A stretch of 63,619 nucleotides of DNA, the filler included, from Octopus bimaculoides (lineage: Eukaryota): assembly GCF_001194135.2 (NCBI RefSeq). It is 7 parts of 7 records of this genome, joined end to end, with 100 filler letters (N's around TTAATTAATTAA, not from the genome) between each part and the next. Parts side by side here need not be neighbours in the genome. Positions count along the whole stretch, not along the records: positions 22,552 to 38,430 come from NC_068983.1; positions 38,531 to 48,876 come from NW_026361330.1; 5 more parts are not named here. One strand, 5' to 3'. Within the stretch, counting starts at the first letter, position 1. Every line of letters starts with the position of its first letter. This document shows, one piece after another, positions 26,237-39,127 of the stretch. A program made the translations under genes and the position numbers. The notes under the pieces are model-generated. The model did no database searches. It was not told the origin of the DNA and was given only the letters and a program-made list of their open reading frames with translations.

Positions 26237-26445
26237 CCCTAATTCTTCGAAACGCCTAGTTTAGAATAGGGGCAGCTGATGAAGGAAATATTCTTTCTGT
26301 CGCCTGTTTGTTTTCTTTGTTCTGTTTATGCTCTGTTTTTCATTTTGTCCCCGTTTTTTGACGTCCTGTACCCAGATATGCATCTATATATACATGTAGA
26401 TGTAGGTATGTACATACATGTACGTATATATGCATATACTCACAT
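26234..26445 (+). mobile_element. Same family, copy D (ribozyme motif 26234-26287, lacks the stem III partner strand)
   Basis: UUGCCCUA-A-UUCUUC-GAAA-CGCC..UAGGGGCAG-CUGAUGA-AGGAA followed by the shared GACGTCCTGTACCCAGATATGCAT tail; the 5' end abuts an (AT)n tract. Confidence 0.6.
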
Positions 26446-26475
26446 ATTATTTGCATTATTATTATTATATATATA

Positions 26476-26900
26476 TGTAGCGGCACAAGCAGTCAGCGCC
26501 ATATTGAATGAGATCTCGCGGCAGCCATTGCACTCTCCGAGACTGGAGGGAGATCTCACCTGCATACATTTGCCACGCTCGAACTCAAAATGAGGCTCGC
26601 GATGGCAAACTATATAAAAGGAAGAAGCCACAAGGTTCGATCTTTTTTCTCTTTTACCCGCGACTGCTCGCAGGCACACTTCACTGGCTTGTCCTCTAGG
26701 CTAGTCCGCTTGTCGCATTTCTCCTGAGGCAAATAGCCTGTGTAACGGAGAACGACGAATTCATACCTCATGAGATGGCTATAAAAGAGCAACACACCAC
26801 ACCTTTGTATATATTGTAAATAAAACTAATGGAGAACCTGCGTTTTGCCTAATACTTCTTTACTCGACTGCTGGAGTCTTAGCAGCACGAAGAATAAGAA
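26476..26900 (+). mobile_element. Possible solo LTR
   Basis: Starts with TGTAGCGG after (AT)n, higher GC than flanks, TATATAAAAGG and a later AATAAA; no matching terminal CA/inverted end or TSD identified. Confidence 0.3.
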
Positions 26901-27000
26901 ATTAATGGGAGAAAGGCGATATTCTACTGATATCCAGAACATTGCCTCTCATTATATATACATACAGTTATACATATACATGTATATATTTATATATATA

Positions 27001-28325
27001 TAGGAGGTGTGATCAAAAAGTATTTGGACTATTGCCATAGTAACGAGGCTGAAGTATGTAGAGTAAAGCCACTTGGCACAGATTGATCTTGAACTCTACT
27101 GTGCATGTACACTGAGTTTTAACGTACTAGCTCATTTTCGCTGTTTACAACAGTGCTTGGAAGGAAGGTGTATAGCGTGTGATCTTCGCATTGACTATGA
27201 CAGAGAACGTTGTCGTTGCGATATCTGCCTACACAAAGTTGCAGAAAGTATATGGAGAGGATTGTACAAGCCACACACAAGTGTAAGAGTGATTCAGCCG
27301 TTTCTAGGATGACCGAAAAAAATGTCGATATTAACGAACGTTCCAGGAGACCTGCAACCACTACAACTAAAAAAAAACATCGCAGATGTGCATGCAGCTG
27401 TGAGGGGAAATCGTCAAATCACCATCCGTGAGTTATCAGAAGATGTGCAGATTAGTTACGGTTCAGTTAAGTCCAATATCACTGAAGATTTGTGTACGAA
27501 ACGCGTGTCTGCCAAGTTTGTTCCAAAACTGCTTTCAGCTGAACAAAAAGACGCTCTGGTTTTGGTTGCACAAGATCTCCTTGACTGTGCTGAGAATCAT
27601 GAAACTTGTTGAAAAGTTTACGTAGGAATCTGTGCAGGTATCGGGAAGCTTTTAGCAAAATTTGATGTAGATTCTCAGCACAAGTTTCTCTGTCATGGTC
27701 AATGCTGGTTTCCTTCAACGTTTCATAAACCAGGATGAGTATTAGGTTCATCACTAAGTCAGAAAGTAAAAAGTAATTCATGCTGTGGACACCCCTCCTC
27801 ACCTGCTCCAAGTTCGATTCATCTGCAGGGAAGGTGATGGCTGTTTTAGTGGGGCTAGGTGGTACAAAAGGCACTGTGTTTATTCACTTCAAAAGCGTCA
27901 CACCATCAATGGAGAATAATATACCAATTTGCTGAGGCAGTTACGAAAGGCTATCAAGATCAAAGCCCCAGGAAAACTAAAGAAAGTGGTCTTGTTTCAT
28001 TAGGACAGTATTCCCGCACACAAGTCCTTGGTTTCAATAACTGTTGTACGTGACTGTAGTTTTGAGCTGGTTGACCACTCTCCCTATTCTCCTGATTTGG
28101 CCCCATCTGATTATCATCTGTTCTCCAAGATGAAAAAAAAAACACTTGGTTGGGATGCAGTATCGCAATGATGATCACCTTTTTGAGGAATAGAGTGAAA
28201 GCTTCCCTAGTGGGATCGAATCATTGCAAAGTTGGACTATGTTGGACTATGTTGAAAAATAAACTTCATTTTGTGACATTCGATGTATCTTCGTTAGCCA
28301 AAGAACTTTTTCGTACAAATATTAT
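27001..28325 (+). mobile_element. mariner (DD34D) transposon, near full length, frameshifted
   Basis: NRQITIRELSEDVQISYGSV..KRVSAKFVPKLLS; FH*D then 34 residues then D in YSPDLAPSDYHLF (counted); several stops. Ends are approximate. Confidence 0.85.
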
Positions 28326-28396
28326 ATATTATGTATATTAAATGTGTTTGTGTGTGCGTATATACAGACATGTATACATTTACGCACATGCACAAA

Positions 28397-28487
<91 letters not shown>

Positions 28488-29041
28488 CGGGGTACCAAAT
28501 CCACTCCGAAGGCATTGGTCGGTCCGGGGTTATTGTAGAAGACACTCGCCGAAGTGCTACTCATTGGGACTGAACCGGGAACCACGAGCTTGTGAAGTAA
28601 ACTTCTTCCACATAACCAAACTTGTTAGTTGTTTCAGCAACACCGGTGTTTAATATTCATGTTAACTTCTATACAAATTACAAACATCCAGGGAATTTAG
28701 CGATTTCAGGTTTTGAAGAAGTGAAACATGGACAGAGGAGGAAAACAGGAAGATCTTACACAAATATTTCACTTATTCTATCATTCTATCACTATGCTAT
28801 TTCATTCTTTACTAATTTGGTTTTCGAATTTTCCACTTTTTTCTGTATTTTTTTTGTTTTTGTTTTTATATCTATTATTTTATCTTTCTTCACTGTATAT
28901 TCTCCAATGTCTGTTATTTATACTATATTACAGTTGATATTGTTTATATTTTGTTTTTATAAGATTTCCAGTATATTTCTTAAGTGTTCCTCATTATACG
29001 TAATAGTAGTTGTGATGGTAGTGGCGGTGGTGGTGGTGTTG

Positions 29042-29098
<57 letters not shown>

Positions 29099-29639
29099 AT
29101 AGTAGTAGTAGTAGTAGTAGTAGTGGGATGACGGTTATGTTAGCTGCGATAACAGAGATTATGTAGGTGATGATGATGATGGTGATGGTGATAAGTACTA
29201 CGTCGCTTTCTACTATCAACAATTTCAATATCTGTATGCATGAACGCCTGCTACTCTTCTCTTTGTTTTCACATTCTTTCCCTTATTCTTTTGCACTATC
29301 AGTTGAATACCAATACACACACACACACACAAAAACATGTGTATTATATTGCGTGTGTGTATATATATATATATATTTATGCGCGCGTGTATGTGTATAT
29401 TTGTTGGCTTTTTTTTACTTTTCCTTTATTTATTATTATTTTTTCTATAAGAGAACCAGTTTCTGACAAAGAAGCAAAAGCTCCATCACTGGTTTATGGA
29501 TAACAATAATGATAACTGTTACATATCGAACTTCATGAATGTCTTTCATATTTTAACTGATTCACTTACAGGCTGTATCAGAAGTTCGCGTTAGCTGATC
29601 CCTTTTCTTTTTTTGCTTGAAATCACTAGCTTGTCTCGT

Positions 29640-30060
29640 TTGTGGTCAAAGCATTTATTAACACAAGCAAGAGCATCAATGGCTATTGTTATGAATGTAA
29701 ATTTATAATGAGAGTAAAGGAATTGCAGATTTTGAAGCAGTTAGCCATAGCTATTCTTCATCGCGCTAATTTTGAAAGAGATTTTGCATCTGTAGGATGG
29801 CTCACCTAATAACAGTACATGCCCTTTTCTCTTTTGTCCCGAATAACTATGTCTGGTCTGTTTTTATTGCATTCGGTAGAAGTTTTGATGAGGAAGTTCC
29901 ACCAATATTCCTTTTTTCTGACATGTATGTATTCCATAGCAGGGGTATCGTTTATATTAATCCCGGGACAGTCTTTTTCTGCGGACAGCATTGTGTATTG
30001 GGTTAGCAGCAACTTCAAGGCGCAGAGGGAGGTCGTACCACAATGAAATAAATTTTTAAA
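29640..30060 (-). mobile_element. R4/Dong LINE fragment (RLE endonuclease region)
   Basis: YWWNFLIKTSTECNKNRPDIVIRDKREK (PD motif of the restriction-like endonuclease). Confidence 0.7.
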
Positions 30061-31220
30061 CAGCTGCTGATTGTACGTGTTCTGTCCTCACAAAATAAAG
30101 GCACGATCGGTACTTGCGGTTGCCTCTTGGGGTTTTAAGGGCTTAGATGTAACTTTTGTTGAGATATTTTGTGTTCATCTCCTACTCTTGTTTGTGAAAC
30201 ATAGCCTTCAAGATGTGATGTGATGCAAAGGTACAAGGCCAAGAGAGGCGACAGTTGATGTAATTTAGTTATCGTGTTTTAGCTTACCGGAAACTTACCA
30301 ACTTAGTCTTTTTTGAGATATGTAGAGTATTTCTATTCCAATCTTTGCTGGAATATACGGATGAAGAAGCCATATCTTTCTTGGGATAATTCTCTGCTGT
30401 ACTATTTAAGATATAAAATGTGAGAAGAAAATTAGGTTAAAATGGAAAGACCAAAAATGAAAAAAAACGGCGTAACATCACGCACTCCAATGGAGATGAA
30501 ATAATTGAAGCTTCTACAAACGTGCAAACATAAGCAGCCAAATAATTTCATTTCAGACTAGCACTTCCTACATGAACATAATTCTGAAATCTATACTGAA
30601 CGTAATGTCTTAAGTTAGTCTCTTCCACAAGATCAAATAACCGCTACCGAACAATTTGCACCTCAACTTCTCAAGATATGAACAACATACAATGAGAACT
30701 CCCAAAGTTGCTATGAATCACAGGTTTTACATGTAACGATATCGCATACATAGTATTGGCAACATTATATCACAATGACTACATTTTTTCTTCAGAAGCA
30801 GAAAATATGACAAACCTTACTCAGTGCCAGTAAAGGCATGCAACAGTATACTTCTTGTGTGTGTATATATATATATAATCGATTGTATTCCTAGCTGCAA
30901 TAAATAGCAAACAAATCTCTCTCAGGCCACACCATACTATCTTGAAAACACTAGAAAAATCACATACGATAAAATAGTCATATTTACTTTTGGTCTGGAG
31001 AAAATAGAACAGTTATGGATCAAACATCTTCGAATATTACTCTGTTTCATAACTGACGACTTGGGTTTAAACACTAAAAGCTGGCATCCAGTGCCATTCT
31101 CAGCAGACAGCACTCAGATAAAACTGGCATAGTTTTACTCACCAACGCCCAGCAAACACGCATTCAGTTTACAAATATAGAAATACAACACTCTCTCTCT
31201 CTCTCCTTTTCCATCTCTCA

Positions 31221-31258
<38 letters not shown>

Positions 31259-31268
31259 NNNNNNNNNN

Positions 31269-31309
<41 letters not shown>

Positions 31310-31363
31310 TTTCTAATTATATATATGTGCGTGAGTGTATGCGTGTGTGTTGATATATATATA

Positions 31364-31852
31364 CAGGTGTTGAACAAAGTAATGAAAACACCTTAAAATT
31401 TCAAATAAATTTATTTTGATATGGGGTAGAACCGCATTTGGCAGTAATTACAGCTTAGATTCTACGACGTATCGACTCGTACAATGTTTGAATTGTTTCC
31501 AAAGGAATTTTTATCCATTCTTCAGTTAAAAAGCGTATCCATTTCATATAATGATAATGCTGAAGGATATCGACTCCTTACATGTTTTTCTAAAATTCAC
31601 CACAAATGTTCAATAATATTGAGATCTGGGGACTGCGGTGGCCAAATAAGATGTTCAACTTCCCTAGAGTGTTTCTCGTGCCATTCAGTAAAAACTTCAG
31701 CGGTGTGAATTGGTGCATTATCATCCTGAAAGATTGCGTTTCCTTCTGGAATCAGTTCTGCAAACATAGGATGAATTTGATCAGATAAAATGCTTAAATA
31801 GTCTTGACTATTAATTCTGCCATGAAGGGAAACCATCGGGTCGGCGGATTGC
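31364..31852 (-). mobile_element. Tc1-like transposon 3' part with TIR; D-to-E spacing 36
   Basis: ORF ..LHGRINSQDYLSIL..IFQDDNAPIHTA..WPPQSPDLNIIEHLW; TA+CAGGTGTTGAACAAAGTAATG TIR at 31362-31385. Confidence 0.85.
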
Positions 31853-32043
31853 ACCTAAGAACTTACGATCGTGGATCTACGCAGGATTGTCCCTAAGGAC
31901 TCATGCTCTGGTTTCTATAACTTCAGGAAGTTGAACTATGAACTTTTATGCTTCAATTTTCTTCTTTCTTCCATCTCTTTATTCTTTTACTCTTTTCCTT
32001 TATGTCGCCATCTTATTAATATGTACCATTACTTACCCTATTT

Positions 32044-32099
32044 GTCTCTGATGACGGAATATCCTATACTCGGAGATATCCCAGAAACAGCTGTAAGAT
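32044..32099 (+). ncRNA. Type I hammerhead motif, partly decayed
   Basis: GUCU-CUGAUGA-CGGAAUAUC..GAUAUCCCA-GAAA-CAGCUG-UA-AGAU. Palindromic ACAGCUGU stem III, GUA cleavage triplet, mismatches at the base of stem II. Confidence 0.55.
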
Positions 32100-32250
32100 T
32101 TCGAATTTCTTCGTATAATAATATTGTGTATGATTCGAGATGTTTGCCTTGCCTTAATGTTTGCTGTCCTGATTAACATCCAAGCTACGCTTATTGACTT
32201 GTTCAACCACTGTGTTTCCCTCTGTGTGTGTGTGTGTGCATGTGTGTGTA

Positions 32251-32342
32251 TGTGCGTCTGCGTGTGTGCGTCTGCGCGTGTGCGTCTGCGCGTGTGCGTC
32301 TGCGCGTGTGCGTCTGCGCGTGTGCGTCTGCGCGTGTGCGTG
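32251..32342 (+). repeat. 14-bp tandem repeat (TGTGCGTCTGCGCG)n, about 6.5 units
   Basis: Directly visible. Confidence 0.9.
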
Positions 32343-32578
32343 TTAACAGTTTGACACATTAACGGAAGTGAGTCTCATCGTTTGGATGCCTGCGCCTGTG
32401 TAATGCGTTTCAGAGCCAAACCGTTAAAACAAATATTTAAACTCGATCAAGTACCATTTTCTTTAGGTTCTACATATATGCATATGTATGTATGTATGCT
32501 TGTATACATACATGTATTTATATGTATTTATATGTACACAGACAAATAATACACACATACACACACATACATACACAC

Positions 32579-32633
<55 letters not shown>

Positions 32634-33429
32634 CGTGTGTGTGCGTGTGTGTGTGTGTGCGCGCGTGTAGTTCGTATTTGCGTGCCTACGAGCGTACATA
32701 CGCATGCTCCATAATTCAGAATAATTACCTAATCTTAGAACTGACGCATGTGTTATAAATTTACTATCCTCTGATGAAACAAAACACAATTATTTTATCA
32801 ACTTATTTAGTATCAGTTCACCTGGTTTTTGTTTCCCCAGTTAGATTCCATCACATTCTTTTGCTCTCATTAATGTTTGGATGTTTGTGTTTCCATAAGA
32901 ATACTTTCATGCGGTTAAATAATACTAACACTTTTTACAGAACAACATGGCTCCAATAATAATACTTTATGCTGTTCTTCTCCACACATAAGACATAAAG
33001 AAAGGAACGTTAAAATATGAGCTGGAAAGAAGTAATTTAGAGCAATTTTTGCAATTTAATTTTGCCGTTGTACTGTATATAATTTTGTCTTGTTTTGTGT
33101 TTGTTGTTGGTCTTATATAGCTCAATATTTAGACACATCCTGCAACCTTATGTCTGTAGTACTTACCTGTACGAAGCCAGCAAGATTTACATAGAATCAG
33201 AAAATTCATCTCGATATCCAGCATTTTTAACCAACCATTTCAATTTCCCACTGTCCCAAAGGTTCCTTTACAACTGGGATAACAACTTTACGGCAATTCC
33301 AAACTTTTCGATGTTCGTGCTTTAGGTCATGATATTTTTTATTTATTTTCCAAGCAAACAATATGGATTAAACGACATTGATATTGTATTTGTTATATTT
33401 ATAAAACTGAATGTATAAGATGTATAAAG

Positions 33430-33780
33430 AGGAATTTACGGAAAATATGTGAGATACCAATAAGTAAGATCTCTCGCAACTCTCTTATTTTTTGCGCTGC
33501 CAGGAATTTGGTCTACATATTTGTTTGCTCCTTTTGATATCAATCCAAGTGCCCCAGTATAAATAGGTAATGTTGTTTCTTTGAGATGCCACATTCCTCT
33601 GATTTCTATCTCCAAGTCGTTATATTTGCTCAATTTCTCAAACATTTTCAGATATGTATTTCGTATATACTTTGCCCTTTCAGTGGGGAACGCATTTTCT
33701 TCGGAATTTGGCGCATCTCTCTACAGATGCCGAAAGTATATTATTGCATTTTTCGTCATTTTGTGTAAAATTTTGGTACC
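33430..33780 (-). mobile_element. R4/Dong LINE 3' coding fragment
   Basis: EKLSKYNDLEIEIRGMWHLKETTLPIYTGALGLISKGANKYVDQIPG. Confidence 0.8.
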
Positions 33781-34781
33781 TTCATTTTTCAGAACCAGAT
33801 TTAACATTTAGAGGAATAGAGATAAAACCCCATATTTTGAATGTCTACTTTTAAACAAAAGAACTTTTCATATGAAGCATTTCTGAACAATTATACCCAA
33901 ACACGTGAGAGAAGAACCACAACTTTGCTTTGCCATTTCCATGGAGGCGTTCCCTGTGTTAATCAAGAAGATATTAAATGATTCACTTGCAGATGGATGG
34001 AGTGAAATCTATTCCACTGAGAGGGAAGTGTACATGGTACGTTATCTTTAAATCTACCCGTCCATGCAGCTTGAAACAAGATAAACAAAGATCATCATCA
34101 AAAATGTCAGTGTCAAAGTTGACTCTTTTTTTCATTGTGAGTAGCATAGCGGAATGTAGACAGGTAGAAATGACAATAGAACGAGTACGATCACCATGAA
34201 CAACATAAAAACAATTCTTAAGTTAAGGCCTGTAGTGGACGATCAGGAGAAATATTTTAGACTAATTATTCAGCGTAGAAAAACCAGTTACTGCATACTA
34301 CAGCAAAAAAATCCAATTAAGCCTTTCTACCTCAAACTTTTGGAAGGTGAGAGGTAACAACTACAAAAACAAATTGCGGAGATGACGCTGCTACACGAGA
34401 GGCGTCGAATATCATTTCGCCATCATCTTAAGGAGGGGTGCAAAAGCTCGTCCACTCATATGTGGGCCATAACAAACGATTACGTTGGGAACATGGAAAA
34501 AAATAAAGTGACCTAGATCGACAATTATAGCGGAAAATATAATACACTTCAACCCCTTCTCTCGCAACAGCACCAGGCTAACTAACTAGAGTAATAAGAA
34601 CCAAATAACAGCCAAGGGGAAACAGTAGATGTTTACAAAAAATACATTCTCCAACAAAAAAAAAGGATTTCAAGAGGTAATCATCTCCCGTGAGCAAAAG
34701 CTTTATTGTTTTCGGAAGGAAATTAATTGCAGTTCTTCGCATGACCAACAAATAACTATTAGAATGTATATATGAAATGTT

Positions 34782-34937
34782 TTTCAGTTTCCGTCTACCA
34801 AATCCACTCACAAAGCTCTGGTCAGTTGGGCCGAGGTGATAGTAGAAAGCACTTGCCCAGGGTGCCACTCAGTGTGACTGAACCCAGAACCATGTGGTTG
34901 GCAAGGTAGCCTCTTACCACACAGCCACGTCTGCGCC
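34782..34937 (-). mobile_element. SINE family 1 copy
   Basis: Reverse-complement match to 39518-39683. Confidence 0.8.
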
Positions 34938-36714
34938 TATATGTGTATATGTCTGTGTTACGAGTCTGATAGAATTAGTACTAAGCTCTAAAAAATGTCC
35001 TGGGTCGATTTGTTCGACTACAAGGCAGTGCTCCAGCATGGCCACAGTCAACTCACTAAACCAAGTAACAGAATAAACGGGAAAATAATATATATTTGAA
35101 AATTCAGTAACAAGTTTTAGCCATTTTGAAAATATATCAGTTTTTGTATGTGCATAATTTCAAAATACAACGCATAATATATCAAGTTTCAGTGTAAATA
35201 TTTACATAATATTAAAGCAATATAGTGCAAAATATAATACGAATATTTACGAGATATTCCCATAACTATAACAAAGTCGTGATTCTGAATGTAAGCACAT
35301 TAATACACCCGTCGCTAATTTTCTTTTTCATTTTTATGTTTCTTAAAACTCGTTATATACTCCACAGTTCGCTCACTTACACTGTCGTTCCTACATCAGA
35401 TGATTTTTTATGTAATTTTGCATTTCTCACTATCACTTTTATACATTTGGTTTGTCTTTTACTCTAAATGATTGAATATCTGTAATGTGTGTAAGTTTTC
35501 ATAAATGTTTGGAAAGATCTAACGTTATTTTGACTAAAGGTTGAAGCATAGAGCATTTTTTTCCCACATTATTTTTCTGATTTAAGAAGTTCCTGAATGT
35601 CAATTCGTTTCGCTCTTTAAATTCTATTATTGCTTAAATTTAAATGTTATATAATAATCAGTATTTCTTTGAATTCCTTTCATTTTTTTCTAATCCGTAA
35701 TTTCTTGCAAGTTCGTTTCGCTGTGCTACATTGGTTTCAAAATTTGGCATAAGGTCAAAAATTTAGAGGAGGTGGACAATCGATTGCATCGACTCTAGTA
35801 CTCAATTGGTACTTATTTTATCGATCTCGACAGGATGAAAGGCAAAGTCAACCTCGGTGCAATTTGGGCTCAGAACATGTAGACAGACGAAATACTTCTA
35901 AGCATTTTGTCCGGCATGCTGACGATTTTGCCAGCTCACCACCTTTTAGGGCACATAGAATATTAATTGGACATGTTTCGGCTTGCATGATGCAAGTATG
36001 TGCCATATTCCAAATTTTCACTTCTTTTTATTACTAGTATATCTAAGAAACAGAGATTATACTTACTGTATTCTATAGCGAATTGTATGTGAGGGTTTAT
36101 ATTGCTTATGTTTAGTATACTTTTAAATTACTTGAGCTCGATAAAATGAAATACTCATTCAGAAATCTGTAAAATTTTCCAATACGTACAAAAGTTGTTC
36201 ATATATTTTTCCTTCGTGATATTCCAATACTAGGTTTGTATAATTTAATGCAAAAGTAGTGCACAAAGTCGTGCCAGACAAGTGGACTTTTAATAATATC
36301 TTGTAGAATGAGCTTGATATAAGCTGTGACAAATTCCGGCTTGAATTACTGGTACAGTCAATCTGAGATGCTTTTATACAGTTTCCGTGTACCCAACTTT
36401 ATTCTCAATGTTTGGGTCAGTTCGGATACTCTTGTTTGCGAAGCGAACTTCTTAAGCATACGGCTATACTGCACTTTTACATATATATGATTATACATGC
36501 ATATGTATGTGTGTGTGTGTGTGTGTGTATGTGTGTACACAAATAAAAAAATTAATAAATTCTTTTATTCTTTTATTTGTTTCAGTAATTTGACTGCGGC
36601 CATGCTGGAGCACCGCCTTTAGTCGAGCAAATCGACACCAGGACTTATTCTTTGTAAGCCTAGCACTTATTCTATCAGTCTCTTCGTCGAATTGGTTTTT
36701 TTTACTCAATTGTA

Positions 36715-37505
36715 TGGTCAGTCTTTATGGGGAAATGCAGCAAGATTTTGTAATTCTCATTGTCTACCACAGCATCTAGTTTGTGTTCATACCACTTTTC
36801 TGTTGTTTTGAGGCCACACACTCGGCTATCATCCCAATGCACTCTTGTGCCTACACAGTTACGTCTTTGCTCATGTTCATTTTTGTGATAGTTTACTACG
36901 CTGACTCAGAATGGGATTAATACTCTCGTTTCCTTTCCTACAGATTCTACATTTGCGGCCTGACTGTGTTTTGTCGGTCTTCGTCTTGTCAGGTTTGTTC
37001 AATGGCTTGTTTCTGAGCGGCTATAATTTACGTTTCAGTCTCTCGTTTCAGGTTTCCATCCATCAACAAGAGCCAGTGTTCTTTACTTCTAACATTGTCT
37101 TTCAGTTGCATGAATTGGCCATGTAGTCTCATCACTTTCGATCTGTTTGCTCTGATGTTGCTTCTCTTCTCTTTGAATTCTCACTTTTGTGGTATATTTG
37201 GCTGGTATTCTTTCTTTACTCTTCACAACAGTTTTTCAGACCTAGTATCGTAATATTAACCGTCTCTTCTGCATTTAGTAATCTTCTGCCACTTTCCTTT
37301 CGTGATAGAGAGAGTCGGTCGATATTGTTTTTAGAGTGTAGTACATTGGGCATAGTGAGCAGCCTGCTAGTTCTTTTATCTAAATTCTGTAGCTCTACCT
37401 TTGTCCATTTCAGAAAAGAAATAGAGTATCTCAATACGGGCATAGCCCATGTAGTTATAACTTTAATGAATTTCCTCAATTTAATTTTGTTTGTAGCACC
37501 TTCTT
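36715..37505 (-). mobile_element. R4/Dong LINE fragment (post-RT thumb to CCHC region)
   Basis: IKVITTWAMPVLRYS..WTKVELQNLDKRT..LHSKNNIDRLSLSRKESGRRL; LHGQF..LKRETE..IAAQ. Confidence 0.85.
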
Positions 37506-37599
37506 AATTCTCCTCTTGTACTTTTTTTTCTCATTTCTCTTTCCATTGCCTTATCTCTTTCTCTTTCATTTCTCCTTCCATTATATTATTATTATTATT

Positions 37600-37802
37600 T
37601 TATGTTTGACTTTTGTTATTGTATTTATACAAGTTGACTCCAGGTCTCACCCAGAGACCTCAAGAGACAAGTTAGAAATTCAAGCTTGTATTATGCCTGG
37701 GATGTCATATATTTGGTTTTGTCCTAGACAGTATTTTAAGCAGGATATCGACAATTTCCATGAGCACTATCTTTTGAATTTCTGCCATTTTGGGGTTTCC
37801 TG

Positions 37803-37805
<3 letters not shown>
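37600..37805 (-). mobile_element. Short R4/Dong 3' end (different 3' UTR) between (AAT)n tracts
   Basis: IPGNPKMAEIQKIVLMEIVDILLKILS; (AAT)n at 37804-37841 and 37585-37599. Confidence 0.7.
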
Positions 37806-37842
<37 letters not shown>

Positions 37843-38530
37843 TTTTGAAGGACATCATATTCGCATATCTCGGAGATGATTTTTCTACTCGTGATACTCA
37901 GTGGCAGCATTTGTAGCTGCAATGGTGGATAGACGAAATTATTTATTTCTGAATGAAGTGACGATAACGGGATGATAAATGGTCGCAATGATGGTGACGT
38001 CTTTGATGATGATGAGGGCTGCAAAGATGGTGACGTCGCTGCTGATGAGGATGATGATAATGACGACGAGGACAAAAACACCTACATCAAAACGGTTGAT
38101 GGTCATAATAATGTTTTCGAAAGAAGACTATGGTGTAATGTCGATGATGATGGTGATGATGATCACGATAGTGATGATAAGGGAGGTGATGACACTAAAG
38201 CTAATGATGTTGAATTTGGTAACGACGTCGACGACGACGACGAGGATGATGATGATGATGAAATCTAAAATTATCAATACGCTCGTGAAACAAGTGTTCA
38301 TGCTTGTATCTACACACATATACATATATACACACGTTTTTATGAACATATATATATAGAGAGAGAGAGGCAGAAAGAGATAGAGGTGCATACATAACTG
38401 AATATATTTACTACCTGTGGAGGTGCATATNNNNNNNNNNNNNNNNNNNNNNNNNNNNNNNNNNNNNNNNNNNNTTAATTAATTAANNNNNNNNNNNNNN
38501 NNNNNNNNNNNNNNNNNNNNNNNNNNNNNN

Positions 38531-38564
<34 letters not shown>

Positions 38565-39127
38565 TGCATATCGTCGTCGCCGTTAACTCGTACCCAAGTC
38601 GCCGATCTGTAGTCAGCGATTGGGGCTCTTCATCTTGATTGGTGCGACGGTGCCGGTGCCTGAAGTGGCGATATATACAGTACAATTTATAGTTAAATTG
38701 CAAGACATACAATCAGTAATTAAACTTCCTTGAACATTATTCGAGAGATAGACTGATAGAGACATATAGTGACGGATAAACTGATATAGAAATGAACAGA
38801 CGGACAGAGACAAATAAACGGATAGAAACCGACAGATGAATAGATAGAGATATGTAGAGACATAAAGACCGAGAGAGGGGGAGAGAGAAGAGACCGATAG
38901 AGATGGTCAGATAAAGATAAATCGATAGTGGTGGAGCGATAGAAAGACAACTAGAAATAGAGACAGCTAGAGATAGATAGCTAGACCAATGAGACAAATA
39001 GACCAATGAGACAGATAGACATAGATAGGCAGACAGAAGGAAATAGATCAGTAGGGGAGCTAGAGACAGATGAACAAATAGAGACAACGAGAAGACGCTG
39101 ACGGAGAGAATGACTGCAAGTACTCAC

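Noticed and set aside
33983-34080. Minus-strand frame ending ICK-stop, resembling a Wnt C-terminus; also a possible 44-bp plus-strand mini-exon
   Set aside because: Lacks the CCGRGY and WCC cysteine pattern; the mini-exon has no supporting homology.
38570-38690. GC-rich patch about 450 bp downstream of the Wnt donor containing GAUGAAGAG on the minus strand
   Set aside because: No GAAA/stem III partner, and I could not build an HDV-like fold; left unassigned.
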